IMG/VR virus record: IMGVR_UViG_3300048438_000153
Location: 62,001-126,000 of that record
Length of the DNA: 64,000 nucleotides
Strand: one strand, 5' to 3'
This document shows, in pieces, positions 29,741 to 39,161 of the stretch (positions are counted from its first letter, which is position 1; each line of letters starts with the position of its first letter). The notes below the pieces were generated by a model. That model did not search any database. It was not told the origin of the DNA and saw only the letters and a list, made by a program, of their open reading frames with translations. The position numbers and the translations under genes are program-made.

Positions 29741-30757
29741 TTAGCTCTGAGCATCAATCGCGTGACTAAGAATCGTCCCGTGATATAAGATATCTTTCAG
29801 GGTTTCCACGTCACTGACCTGTTTCGAGGTCACTCTGATGTGTGCCTCTTGATATGACCTCCCTGACACACTAGGGAAATCATATCGAAAGAACAGGATG
29901 TTCCCATCTTCCCCGATGAGAGTGAACCGTTCTTCAGACGCCTTCATAAACAGTGGCGAGTATTTTCTGATGAAAGTATTGATCTCCCGATCAAGAGCCC
30001 TCTCGTCTTTCACGGAAACGACCTTCTCAGAATACTGTCTTTTAGAAGGTGGCTTGAGAGGGTTCTTGTCTAAGAAAGACATCTCTAAGGTGTAAAAATC
30101 AGAGCTAGAGATCAAGTACATATTCGCGACTCTAATCGCGCTCGCTCTCTTCGTAGAGCCTATATGCTCTATCACAGACCTGTTGTTGTCGATAAGAACA
30201 ACATCCCCACTCTCTACAGCTTCATAGAGAGCTCCATCGACACGAGGATGGATAGACAAAATATCCTCTCCTAACATCGGAACACCGTCTAAAGAAAACA
30301 GAGTTCTCATAAGAACACTCGCGCTATCTACAATGGCTTCGGCGATATCTTCCACATAAGGCTTCAGACTGTATTGAAGATCAACGGTCGTAAAGCTGTA
30401 ACCTCTTGGATTGAGCGCGTCTACTTTGTTATGTGGCTGTCCCATAACTTTCTTAAAGATCGTCTTGAACTCCCCTACCTCCATCACAGTAAGAACAGGT
30501 TTGATACCCCCCTTTTTCATCTTTACCGCGCCCATTGTCTCGTCAAGAGAAAGGATCATATGCCACACTCCTCTTTCGCATTTAATGACCCAAGTGTCGT
30601 CTACAACAACCTGACCATTTTTGCGGTAGGGGATCTTTTTCTTAGCACTCCATGTACTTTTAGGGACGTGAGTCACAGACCAATCAAGAGAGGGGGTCTT
30701 TCTATTCAAAACGCCCACTACAGGATCAGCCCATTTCTCGTCTGCATACTCCATCAC
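29741..30757 (-). CDS. two-domain hypothetical protein with an internal KRAS-RVANMYL junction
   Basis: The C-terminal domain is paralogous to 30754-31188. Confidence 0.65.
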   Translation of the reverse strand: MMEYADEKWADPVVGVLNRKTPSLDWSVTHVPKSTWSAKKKIPYRKNGQVVVDDTWVIKCERGVWHMILSLDETMGAVKMKKGGIKPVLTVMEVGEFKTIFKKVMGQPHNKVDALNPRGYSFTTVDLQYSLKPYVEDIAEAIVDSASVLMRTLFSLDGVPMLGEDILSIHPRVDGALYEAVESGDVVLIDNNRSVIEHIGSTKRASAIRVANMYLISSSDFYTLEMSFLDKNPLKPPSKRQYSEKVVSVKDERALDREINTFIRKYSPLFMKASEERFTLIGEDGNILFFRYDFPSVSGRSYQEAHIRVTSKQVSDVETLKDILYHGTILSHAIDAQS

Positions 30758-31188
30758 CGAACTTCTCTCAAGGCATGACTAAAAACAGTGCCATATTGCA
30801 AAATCTGAAGAAGATCCTCGTCGCTAAAGTCCTCTGAATCTATACCTATCAAAACGTACCTACCCTCACCGTTAAACTCACTGAGAGTGTACTTAAAGTT
30901 GGCTTGGTAAGAATCTCTAGTACGAAAAACTTCAAGGTAGGAGATGCGCTTTTCGTCAACCTCATTGAGATCCCACTCCACATCTTTCACATATTCTCTT
31001 AATGCCTTCTCGAATTCATCTTCGTTTCTTATATCAGTAATGGATGATCCGAGTGACCTTGGTTTATTTGCCCAAGGCTTATTTCGATAGTCTGTCCTAT
31101 CTTCATAGGTGAGTTGCATCTTAAAAGGGGCTCGTCCAGCAACCTTCATCCTTACGATGCGTTCTATCATTTCTTCCCTAGCCATCAC
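30754..31188 (-). CDS. hypothetical protein, paralogue of the C-terminal domain of 29741-30757
   Basis: LLQILQYGTVFSHAL versus LKDILYHGTILSHAI. Confidence 0.65.
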   Translation of the reverse strand: MMAREEMIERIVRMKVAGRAPFKMQLTYEDRTDYRNKPWANKPRSLGSSITDIRNEDEFEKALREYVKDVEWDLNEVDEKRISYLEVFRTRDSYQANFKYTLSEFNGEGRYVLIGIDSEDFSDEDLLQILQYGTVFSHALREVR

Positions 31189-31235
31189 ATCTCCTGTCTG
31201 TGTTAATATAGTAAGATACAGGGGATATAGACGAC

Positions 31236-31811
31236 TTATTTAATCTTCTTCTTAGACCGCCACTCTTCCCTCATCTTGGCTTCGATGAGGGGTAGATTCT
31301 GCTCGGCGCGGTGGAGGTCGTGAGCTTTCTTTCTCGCGTTTTGATCAAGTTTCATGTTCCCTAGCACTGTAATCTCACCCGTAGTCTTATCTTGAAGCCT
31401 AGAGGTGAGTCCTGTGGTTTGGGGCATGAGTTGCTTGATCAGGTTAGGGTCGATATTCTTGATGGCGATATCCCACACAAGGTCGATCTCAAGACCCTGC
31501 ATCACCATGAGAGGGTTGCCTCCATACTCGGTGTTCATCTTCTGACGAAAAAGACTGATTCCTGAGCGGGTCTTAAGCTCAAGGTCAAAGAAGTGAACAG
31601 CCATAGGAAAGTTGGGGCGGTCAAAGAACATCTTGAAAGCCACATGGAGATTCTTATCTCCGAAAGAAACGACAGGGTTGTCTACATGACCCCAATCATG
31701 AATCAGAACGTGGATCTCTTTACTCTCAACGAGTCTCGAAATGAACTCCTGTTCTATTTCTGACATAGGCACATAGAGCGCCTTACCTTTACCTCCGAAG
31801 ATGTTGCTCAT
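31236..31811 (-). CDS. hypothetical protein
   Basis: Clean ORF with a GAGGAGAG RBS. Confidence 0.65.
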   Translation of the reverse strand: MSNIFGGKGKALYVPMSEIEQEFISRLVESKEIHVLIHDWGHVDNPVVSFGDKNLHVAFKMFFDRPNFPMAVHFFDLELKTRSGISLFRQKMNTEYGGNPLMVMQGLEIDLVWDIAIKNIDPNLIKQLMPQTTGLTSRLQDKTTGEITVLGNMKLDQNARKKAHDLHRAEQNLPLIEAKMREEWRSKKKIK

Positions 31812-31834
31812 ACTCTCCTCCTCTTCTCTGTAGT

Positions 31835-33346
31835 TTAGTTAATACTACCAAGAGAAGAGTCCATCATATCCATCAGTTCGAGCAAGTTTTCACCTGATGT
31901 TCTTTCTCCGAGAGAGTCATCTAGTTGACTCATAAGAGAAAGAAGATTCTCACCCGCTGTGCGCCCTAGTGGGTAGCTCGGAGTCCCTATTGTGTTAGCG
32001 ACCTCAATGAACTTATCCACGTCGAAGCTGATCGTGTCGAAGCCTTGCAAGATCGCTTTCTCGATGTTTCTTTCTACATACCCCTGTGAGATGAAGTTTA
32101 AGACAATCATCGGACTCACATAGTAGTCAATCGTGTTTTGGCGTTCCATATGACTCAGACCTTGAGAAGCCCTCTCAAGAGCGTCATTAAAGAACTCTGA
32201 GACCTCATCAGCTACGAGTTTCTTAAGATCCGCTGTGCCTCTCTGCACGAGCGCCTTAATCGCTGTGTGGAGATCCTCTTGCTCCTCCTCAAAGTGATCA
32301 TAAAACTTGCGAGTGGCTTTCAGCATACGGAAGTCTCTTGGCTCAAGACCACAACTACCGACCTTCGATTTGACATATCTTCTTAAATAGTTGTAGTCGT
32401 ATTGAAAGCCACTTAAGCCTCTAAAGATGGGGAGCTGTGACTCAGGATCTCCACTACCTAAACCTACCTCTTCTGAGGCTTTCTCTATGTAGGGTGTAAG
32501 AGCCTCTATGATTTCTGTGTTAGAGAGCTCCGCTATGTTATCGACACCACTCTTACCGACGAACTTGATTTGAACAAAGTCCTCTCGAAACTCAGTGATG
32601 TGGGAGGGGCGAAGAGAAGAAGCGCCAAACGTAGAGATCTCTTCAACTACATTACCCCCACTGTCTTTTCTGACTGTCTTTCCGATTTTCTGAGATCCCG
32701 GCCTAATACCCGTCTCCATCATAATCGCAGTCAAGATCGCGCTAAGTCTGAGGTCTTCATGAGGGCTCTTCATATCAGTTAAGACTTCATCAACAAGATC
32801 GTTATAGTTGGATATCATATTAGCGAGGAGATCATGCTTATGGAGAAGATCTCTACCTTGGTTACCTACCCTATCACGCACCTGAGAAATATTACCCGCA
32901 TCGTCGAGTTTAAAAACGATGTTTCTCGGGAGATACTTTCGGATTGCCTGTGGGATTCTTTCTCTTACAGACGCCTGCTCGACGAAGAGGAGCTTATACT
33001 CGAACCCTTGATCTGCGTATCTCTTAACCCTTCCCTCCTCAATAGGAGTGACAGGCTCACCCTCAAAGAGAAGAGTCACTAGGAGGTTGAGCGCGCCGTT
33101 TCTGACGCGGTTAGATCCCTCAGCTTCTTCGAGAGTACCCATGTAAGTGTCTAGGTACTTCTCGACTTCAGAGAAAGCAGAAATGTACTTCTTGAATCTA
33201 GGCTTCTTATCGAAAGAAGCCACGTTTACTTTCTTATTGATTTTAGCGTGGAGCTTAATGAACTCCCTAACAGCCTTACGAGCGTGCTTGATCTGATTCT
33301 TTGCGTCTCGGACGTTGAGCGCGTCAGCTTGTATTTGAAATCCCAT
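31835..33346 (-). CDS. DNA topoisomerase IB (poxvirus/bacterial type)
   Basis: Catalytic pentad context: TGIRPG (R), FVGKSG (K), PRDFRMLKAT (R), LSH (H), TIDYYV (Y). Also STFGASSL. Confidence 0.88.
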   Translation of the reverse strand: MGFQIQADALNVRDAKNQIKHARKAVREFIKLHAKINKKVNVASFDKKPRFKKYISAFSEVEKYLDTYMGTLEEAEGSNRVRNGALNLLVTLLFEGEPVTPIEEGRVKRYADQGFEYKLLFVEQASVRERIPQAIRKYLPRNIVFKLDDAGNISQVRDRVGNQGRDLLHKHDLLANMISNYNDLVDEVLTDMKSPHEDLRLSAILTAIMMETGIRPGSQKIGKTVRKDSGGNVVEEISTFGASSLRPSHITEFREDFVQIKFVGKSGVDNIAELSNTEIIEALTPYIEKASEEVGLGSGDPESQLPIFRGLSGFQYDYNYLRRYVKSKVGSCGLEPRDFRMLKATRKFYDHFEEEQEDLHTAIKALVQRGTADLKKLVADEVSEFFNDALERASQGLSHMERQNTIDYYVSPMIVLNFISQGYVERNIEKAILQGFDTISFDVDKFIEVANTIGTPSYPLGRTAGENLLSLMSQLDDSLGERTSGENLLELMDMMDSSLGSIN

Positions 33347-33362
33347 TTCTTTCTCCTATCTT

Positions 33363-33689
33363 TTAAAGAGTGCCGTCGAACTTCTCGTCATCAGTAATTG
33401 CACCTAGAGGCTCTGATGGAGAAATGGGTTTCTTAGGGGGAGGTGTGGGCGCTTCCTTGTCGATAGCAGAGACAGCGATGTGTGTGTACTTGTCGAGTGC
33501 AGCCTGACCCAAAATGTAGCCTATCTGAATGAACCCACTAGTCACGATCATAGAAACGAGCACCATGAAAGCATAGTGCTCGATCTTAGTCTGATACTCC
33601 CAAATCACATAGAACATGAGAATCTTCCACCCGAGATCGGCGATGAGGTAGGCGAGGAACTTCTTACTCTTTAAAGGCAACTTGTCCAT
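33363..33689 (-). CDS. small two-TM membrane protein, holin-like candidate
   Basis: KSKKFLAYLIA start followed by two hydrophobic helices and a charged/Pro-rich tail. Confidence 0.45.
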   Translation of the reverse strand: MDKLPLKSKKFLAYLIADLGWKILMFYVIWEYQTKIEHYAFMVLVSMIVTSGFIQIGYILGQAALDKYTHIAVSAIDKEAPTPPPKKPISPSEPLGAITDDEKFDGTL

Positions 33690-33749
33690 GATAGTGGTTC
33701 TCTTTCTTATCGAGGTATTCTAGCTCTCTTTGAGGATAAAGAAAGTATC

Positions 33750-34124
33750 TCAGCGCGCGAGGGGCTTGATGTTGACTGTCAAACCACTCTTCGCCCCCGA
33801 TGGCTTCGCTTTCCCCCTAAGCTGACCTAGCATGGGGTCATTTATTCTGAGGTTGTTCATTCCTGTCTGAAAGTCATCCTCCTCCTGTTGCTGATACTTG
33901 TTCGTTTTCAGCACAGAGGGGTGTTCCTCAATCAGCGTCTCAAGCCTGTACTGCTCTTCAGGGAGGAGCGTTGGGAGGAGCTGAAAGAAATCCTTTCTCG
34001 CTGACGGGTATATCTTAAGGAACTCCAAGATGACCTCATCATCAAGTACAGGTGGGTTCTGTGGGTTCGTGTTGCTTCCCTTGAGGGACACTCCACCCTG
34101 AGCGTTGATCCAAAAGTTGCCCAT
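33750..34124 (-). CDS. hypothetical protein
   Basis: ORF with an AAGGAG RBS. Confidence 0.6.
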   Translation of the reverse strand: MGNFWINAQGGVSLKGSNTNPQNPPVLDDEVILEFLKIYPSARKDFFQLLPTLLPEEQYRLETLIEEHPSVLKTNKYQQQEEDDFQTGMNNLRINDPMLGQLRGKAKPSGAKSGLTVNIKPLAR

Positions 34125-34127
34125 GAT

Positions 34128-34186
34128 CTCTCCTTATTCTGATATGTATCTCCACCTATCACCCTCCCATAAAAGAATAAGGAGAG
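34128..34186. promoter_or_regulatory. 13-bp inverted repeat formed by the RBSs of two divergent genes
   Basis: ctctccttattct (34128-34140) and agaataaggagag (34174-34186). Confidence 0.65.
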
Positions 34187-34189
34187 CGA

Positions 34190-36868
34190 ATGTTTGACGA
34201 CTTTCTCGCAGACATAAGACGACCTGTCATAGAGTCCTACGAATGGATGAAAGAATGTGACCTAATCTTAGGCACGAAAGAGAACATAACTCAAGCCATT
34301 GACGAGTGCATGGCGGTTGAAGTCTACGGTTGCGACATCGAGACTACAGGACTTGACAACCGCGTCTTTGAAGGGCGCACGATGGACTCTATCGTGGGTA
34401 TCGGGATCGCGCCATCTCACGACAAGGCTTATTACTTTCCTATCGGACACAAGTCAGGCTCAGAGTATAACATTCCTTGGTCAATCATCGGACGAGAGTT
34501 TGGGCGTCTGTTCGACCCTTCCACGAAAGCCCGACCTGTCTTCCACAACATCTCTTTCGACGCGCCTTTCTTAGAGTACAACGGCTTCTTCTCGCTCGGG
34601 AAAGATCGGTGGGATGACCACAAGAAATGGGAAGACTCTCTCATCATCAAGTACCTCCTCAACCCACGTCAAAAAGGAGGGCGTGGGCTTAAGGCTCTGT
34701 CAGACAAGCTCTGTGACATGAAGATGATTGAGCTCAATGAGCTATTCCCCCCTGAAGAGGAACAGCGAGACTACTCGACCATTGACCCTTCATGGCAACC
34801 TTGTGTACTCTACGCGGCGGCTGATCCTCTCTGTACTCTCAGAATATGGGATATCATGAGAAAGGAATACGAAGATGCGCCTGAGCACTCTGACTCGATG
34901 TATAACCTCGAAAAGATGTGCTGTATCGCCACCTCATGGATGCACCGATGCCGAGTGTATATTGACCCTGAGAAAGCGATGGAGTCAGCGATTGAAGGTC
35001 AGCGCCTATGGTGGGAGAGTCTACTAGAGGTATATAAGGGCGCGTCTAAGATTCTAGAGAGAGACATCACACCCTCTTTCGTCAAGATCATGCGCGATGG
35101 ATCAAGAGGTCTGATCGAGCCCTTCGACCCCCGAGCCATCTCTGAGGGAGGGAGCGCCAACTACAAAGTGATCGTACAGGAAGCTCGAAGATACGCGCAA
35201 AACACCGCACCTGATCCAACTCAAAAGATCAGTAAGAGTGTGGCTCTGCTCGGTAAGTCTGCTGGTACTGAGAAAGTGGAGTTTCCCTATACGTATGACG
35301 TTCTCTCTCCTCAACAGCTAGGTTTGCTCTTGAGAGAGTTGGGAGTAGATGGTCTGCTCGCCTCTGAGAAGTCAGGCCAAGTAGTCACTAAGGGAGAAGT
35401 TCTCGATGAGGTCATCGAGAAAAACTCTGAGAAACTCCCTTTCATGAAGAAAGTGAAGAACCTCCGTGTTCTCGTCAAGGCGCTCAGCCAATACCTCATC
35501 CCTTTCATAGAGGACATTGGATCTGACGGTACGCTGAAGCCGAAGTTCGATCAGTTCAGTGCTGACACAGGGCGTTTTTCGTGTAAGACTAACAGTAAGC
35601 CCCATATCGTGAGAGACGGCGGTTGTCGCGTACCTTTTCAGGGCATCCCCGCCTATGGAAAAGACAAAGACAAGAAGCCCGCGATCATTTCTTACATGAG
35701 AGATTGTATAGTCGCGCGCGAAGAAGGGTGGTGGCTGACCGCGATTGACTACGCAGGTGTAGAGCTAAGACTCGTAACTAACCTCTCGAAAGAGCCCCTG
35801 TGGATTAAAGCTTTCTTCGAGTGTTCAGACTGTGGGCAACAGTACCCTAGAGAGATGGGGGAAGATGAGATTCCCACACCGACTCCAACCTATTGTGTGT
35901 GTGGGTCGGATCGCATAGGTGATCTGCACACTGTAACTGCGGTTGCTTTCTACGGCGAGGGCGCTAAGGGAAAACCTGATTGGAAAGACAAGCGAGGGAA
36001 CGGAAAGGGATGTAACTTCGCCCTTTCTTACGGAGGCACAGGGAAAGCTGTTCAGCGCACTATCAAGTGCTCTGCTAAGGAAGGGGACGAAAAGTATAAG
36101 ACTTTCACGAGCACTTACAAGACACTCGCCTCTTGGTGGGGGAAACAGAACAAGTTCGCCCATAAACATGGCTATGTTAAGACGGCTTTCGGACGAGTTC
36201 AGCCCCTCCCTGATATCCACGACGAGGATTACAGAAAGTCCTCGAAAGAGGAGAGAAAGGCGGTGAATGGACCTGTTCAGGGAACGAGCGCGGATATCAC
36301 GAAGCTCGCGATGAGTCTCATCTACAGAGAGGTTAAGAAACGAGGGTGGTTCGATAAGCTCAAGATGATCCTTACAGTCCACGACGAGATTGTCTTTGAG
36401 ATCCATGAAGACGTGATCGGAGAGGCTATCCCTGTACTGACTCAGATTATGGCGAGAAACAAAGCAATCGCCAATCAGGGATGGGAAGTCCCTCTCCTTG
36501 TAGACGTAGAGATCGGAAAGACGTGGGGAGTGCCATACGACCTCAAAGACTTAAGGCGAGGGTACAAGGAAAAGCTCGTACCTGACGGCGTTGATGAAAA
36601 GGGGGAGAAGAAGTACAGAGAGGAGCGCGTTCCTGTGCCTGAATCACTCGCTAAGATTTTCTATGTGGGGAGTGAGGCTGATGAGCCTTCTTCAAGCTCG
36701 CCTGAGAAAGAAGAAGGCTCAGGTTCTTCATCCGAAAGCCCCTCTAAGACTTATGTGCTTAAAGAGCTTTCTCAGGACTCCGCGTTCGATTTGGGTATGT
36801 GGCTCTCCCATAATACGGACGGTGTTGTAACGTATGAGGGGAGAGACATCACGGCGCTGTTTTCTTAG
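34190..36868 (+). CDS. polA: DNA polymerase family A with 3'-5' exonuclease
   Basis: ExoI CDIETTGL, ExoII FHNISFD, ExoIII YAAAD; DTGRFSC; motif A IDYAGVELR, motif B RGNGKGCNFALSYG, NGPVQGTSADI, motif C VHDEIV. Confidence 0.95.
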   Translation: MFDDFLADIRRPVIESYEWMKECDLILGTKENITQAIDECMAVEVYGCDIETTGLDNRVFEGRTMDSIVGIGIAPSHDKAYYFPIGHKSGSEYNIPWSIIGREFGRLFDPSTKARPVFHNISFDAPFLEYNGFFSLGKDRWDDHKKWEDSLIIKYLLNPRQKGGRGLKALSDKLCDMKMIELNELFPPEEEQRDYSTIDPSWQPCVLYAAADPLCTLRIWDIMRKEYEDAPEHSDSMYNLEKMCCIATSWMHRCRVYIDPEKAMESAIEGQRLWWESLLEVYKGASKILERDITPSFVKIMRDGSRGLIEPFDPRAISEGGSANYKVIVQEARRYAQNTAPDPTQKISKSVALLGKSAGTEKVEFPYTYDVLSPQQLGLLLRELGVDGLLASEKSGQVVTKGEVLDEVIEKNSEKLPFMKKVKNLRVLVKALSQYLIPFIEDIGSDGTLKPKFDQFSADTGRFSCKTNSKPHIVRDGGCRVPFQGIPAYGKDKDKKPAIISYMRDCIVAREEGWWLTAIDYAGVELRLVTNLSKEPLWIKAFFECSDCGQQYPREMGEDEIPTPTPTYCVCGSDRIGDLHTVTAVAFYGEGAKGKPDWKDKRGNGKGCNFALSYGGTGKAVQRTIKCSAKEGDEKYKTFTSTYKTLASWWGKQNKFAHKHGYVKTAFGRVQPLPDIHDEDYRKSSKEERKAVNGPVQGTSADITKLAMSLIYREVKKRGWFDKLKMILTVHDEIVFEIHEDVIGEAIPVLTQIMARNKAIANQGWEVPLLVDVEIGKTWGVPYDLKDLRRGYKEKLVPDGVDEKGEKKYREERVPVPESLAKIFYVGSEADEPSSSSPEKEEGSGSSSESPSKTYVLKELSQDSAFDLGMWLSHNTDGVVTYEGRDITALFS

Positions 36869-37959
36869 ATGCTCCAACCTATAGGGACGTATTTATCTTC
36901 AAGCCTCACGCCGTTGTAGGAGTACTGTTTCTTCTGAGGACCTATATACCTATCTCTTGTAAACTCTCTGTCAGAGTCTTCTATATACTCCTTAAGTTTA
37001 CGTCTCTCATGATCAGTCATCTTTCTTTTCTTCGGCTTATTGTCAACGTAGATGAGCTTCTTTTTGAGGACTTGCCTTAAGAAAGAGTAAGCGAGGTCAC
37101 TGTGGAGTGTGTTCCTTGCCTTCCTACCGTATGTCTCCTCTATAATGTCCGTCACCTCGTCAGCGTCAACAGCGAGGTGGGCGCTATCCGCCCAATCGTA
37201 AAGGTCTGAAGCGCCTTTTAAGAATGTCTTAATTTCAGACGAGTCAGAAAGACTAGCGAGCTTGAAATACACTTCGACCCCTCTGTACTGAAAGCAAATC
37301 GTATGGCTCTTTTCTTTTAAGAAAGAAAAGCCATGCCTCTTGAGGAGTTCATTTGATCTAAGGGTGTCTTGATACTCGGGCTTACTTTGATACATAGACT
37401 CAGAGTTCCATCTCTGATAGTATTCAGGAAACTCAGGGTACGCGCTCATCTTGTCGAGCCGAGCGATTCTCCCTCTAGAGCTATTCCTTTCTCCCCCTTC
37501 TAAATCGAGTAACTCCGTGAGCCCAATAACAGTAGAAAGAACAGAATAAAGCCCCTTTGTGGTGGAGATCACGACTGATTTCTCAAGTCCTCTTCTGTCA
37601 ATCTCATACCTAGTGATGGGGATCTGCCCCGACCTCAAGCCTGTGGGTCTAATTTTCGAGTCATAAACTCCGAATCTCTCTGTTTCGTCGTGAGTAACCT
37701 TTCCGTTAAAAACGAAAATCTCCCCCCGAAAGATAAGATTGATTCTGAGACCCCCTTTTTTTGAGATAGAGACATCGACTCGATCAACGTCGTCAAGGTT
37801 CGCTTTTATCGCGCCCTCAATCGACTCTTCTTCTTCTCTAGTGTAGCTTTTAAAGAGGTTAAGAAACCCTGACTCTGTTTCTGAAGCAAAGTGATCACCC
37901 TCAAGTCGGGCGACCCTGATCTCTAGGTCGGAAAGGATTTCTGAAGCTGTTCTTCTCAT
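36865..37959 (-). CDS. hypothetical protein with MRRTASEI leader
   Basis: Leader MRRTASEILSDLEIRVARLE, plus an internal RIARLDK. Confidence 0.7.
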   Translation of the reverse strand: MRRTASEILSDLEIRVARLEGDHFASETESGFLNLFKSYTREEEESIEGAIKANLDDVDRVDVSISKKGGLRINLIFRGEIFVFNGKVTHDETERFGVYDSKIRPTGLRSGQIPITRYEIDRRGLEKSVVISTTKGLYSVLSTVIGLTELLDLEGGERNSSRGRIARLDKMSAYPEFPEYYQRWNSESMYQSKPEYQDTLRSNELLKRHGFSFLKEKSHTICFQYRGVEVYFKLASLSDSSEIKTFLKGASDLYDWADSAHLAVDADEVTDIIEETYGRKARNTLHSDLAYSFLRQVLKKKLIYVDNKPKKRKMTDHERRKLKEYIEDSDREFTRDRYIGPQKKQYSYNGVRLEDKYVPIGWSI

Positions 37960-38027
37960 GGTCTGAGCTCCCTTTCTTTGATATGGTTAAGCACACATTA
38001 AAGCCAAGATAAAGAGGATACAGAAAC

Positions 38028-38606
38028 ATGAAGAAAGACCTGTTAGGAGATTGTAACGACCAAAAGATATCTGAGGTCGAGTTCACTTCCATTTTTTGCA
38101 AGAGATGTAAGAATAAAACCTGTGATCGAGCGGGTTGGGCATCTTCTTCTTGGGAAGAAAGAATGTCTACTCAAGCTGTCCGATTTCTCAAACACCCTAA
38201 TATCGTCTCTCAGTCTGAATCCTCTAGGTGGGATGGGTTAGTCAACCTAGAGTCGCTAGAGGTGACAGGATCAATCGAAGTGTGGGGAGTGCCTCAGAAA
38301 GCCCCTCCTGTAGCCTTTGAAGAAGTGAAACCTCAGCCTATCTTTGAGTCTGATTCTACTCCTCCTCTAGTACAGATAGAGACGCCTAAGTCTGAAGAGA
38401 AAGAAGAGTCAGATACCCAACAAAAAGCTGTAGAGAAAGAGCCACTTGAACCTCCTCCCCAACAGGTGAGAAGAGTAGTAAACACACCGCCTCAACAGAT
38501 CATGGTGAGCGGTATAGATAATACACCTAAGAGGAAGTCTTTCGATGAGTGGGCTGTCCCGACTAACAAGCTCAACATCGGCGGTACGTTTAAGATGGGA
38601 GGCTAA
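38028..38606 (+). CDS. hypothetical protein (N-terminal Cys cluster, Pro/Glu-rich linker)
   Basis: C..FCKRCKNKTC motif. Confidence 0.6.
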   Translation: MKKDLLGDCNDQKISEVEFTSIFCKRCKNKTCDRAGWASSSWEERMSTQAVRFLKHPNIVSQSESSRWDGLVNLESLEVTGSIEVWGVPQKAPPVAFEEVKPQPIFESDSTPPLVQIETPKSEEKEESDTQQKAVEKEPLEPPPQQVRRVVNTPPQQIMVSGIDNTPKRKSFDEWAVPTNKLNIGGTFKMGG

Positions 38607-38608
38607 AT

Positions 38609-38839
38609 ATGAGCGAAGAAATGGTCATAGCAAGTTTAGTTAGGAGCGGTGAGATTGTGGTCTGTGGGTACAATTACAAACAGAAACTCAGGATCGACCC
38701 TGAGTGCTACAGGCTCATCGTGACTAAGCCAAATCAAATTAAAGACGAGAGCAAGAAGATCCACTTCATTGGGAGTCTTTCAGATGAAGAAAGAAGAATT
38801 TGGAGATCTTACATGGAGGCGCGTAAGTCCTCTAGGTAA
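38609..38839 (+). CDS. hypothetical protein
   Basis: GGAGG RBS; operon position. Confidence 0.55.
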   Translation: MSEEMVIASLVRSGEIVVCGYNYKQKLRIDPECYRLIVTKPNQIKDESKKIHFIGSLSDEERRIWRSYMEARKSSR

Positions 38840-39161
38840 GATCCCCCGCAAGCATATTAGAAAGTTCCTCAACAAAGACCCTGAAACCATTGATATTATT
38901 AAGAAATGGCTCGACAAGAATGGGCTGATCATTCTCTTTACTCAAAGAAAAGCAAAGGGGTGGGAAAAAGTTTGGGCCACAGATGGGGGCAATATCTATA
39001 TGAATGATGAGGATCACAACCCTACTTCAGAAGAACTCGACATAAGGATCAGGAAAGTATCTGTGAAAGAGCAAGAGCCATTGCGCGAGGATCTGCTAGG
39101 GAAAGACGTGTCTTTGAGAGACAAACTAGAATACTTAAAAGAGATGGAAAGACCCCTGTAA
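38784..39161 (+). CDS. hypothetical protein
   Basis: Its stop overlaps the next start (TAATG). Exact start uncertain. Confidence 0.5.
   Translation: MKKEEFGDLTWRRVSPLGKIPRKHIRKFLNKDPETIDIIKKWLDKNGLIILFTQRKAKGWEKVWATDGGNIYMNDEDHNPTSEELDIRIRKVSVKEQEPLREDLLGKDVSLRDKLEYLKEMERPL

Noticed and set aside
31835-33346. Tyrosine integrase / prophage
   Set aside because: Motif spacing (GIRPG, FVGK, DFR, H..., Y) fits TopIB, and no att sites or host genes are evident.
35815-35915. Intein or intron in the polymerase
   Set aside because: The insert is only about 30 aa, lacks intein terminal motifs, and the frame is uninterrupted.
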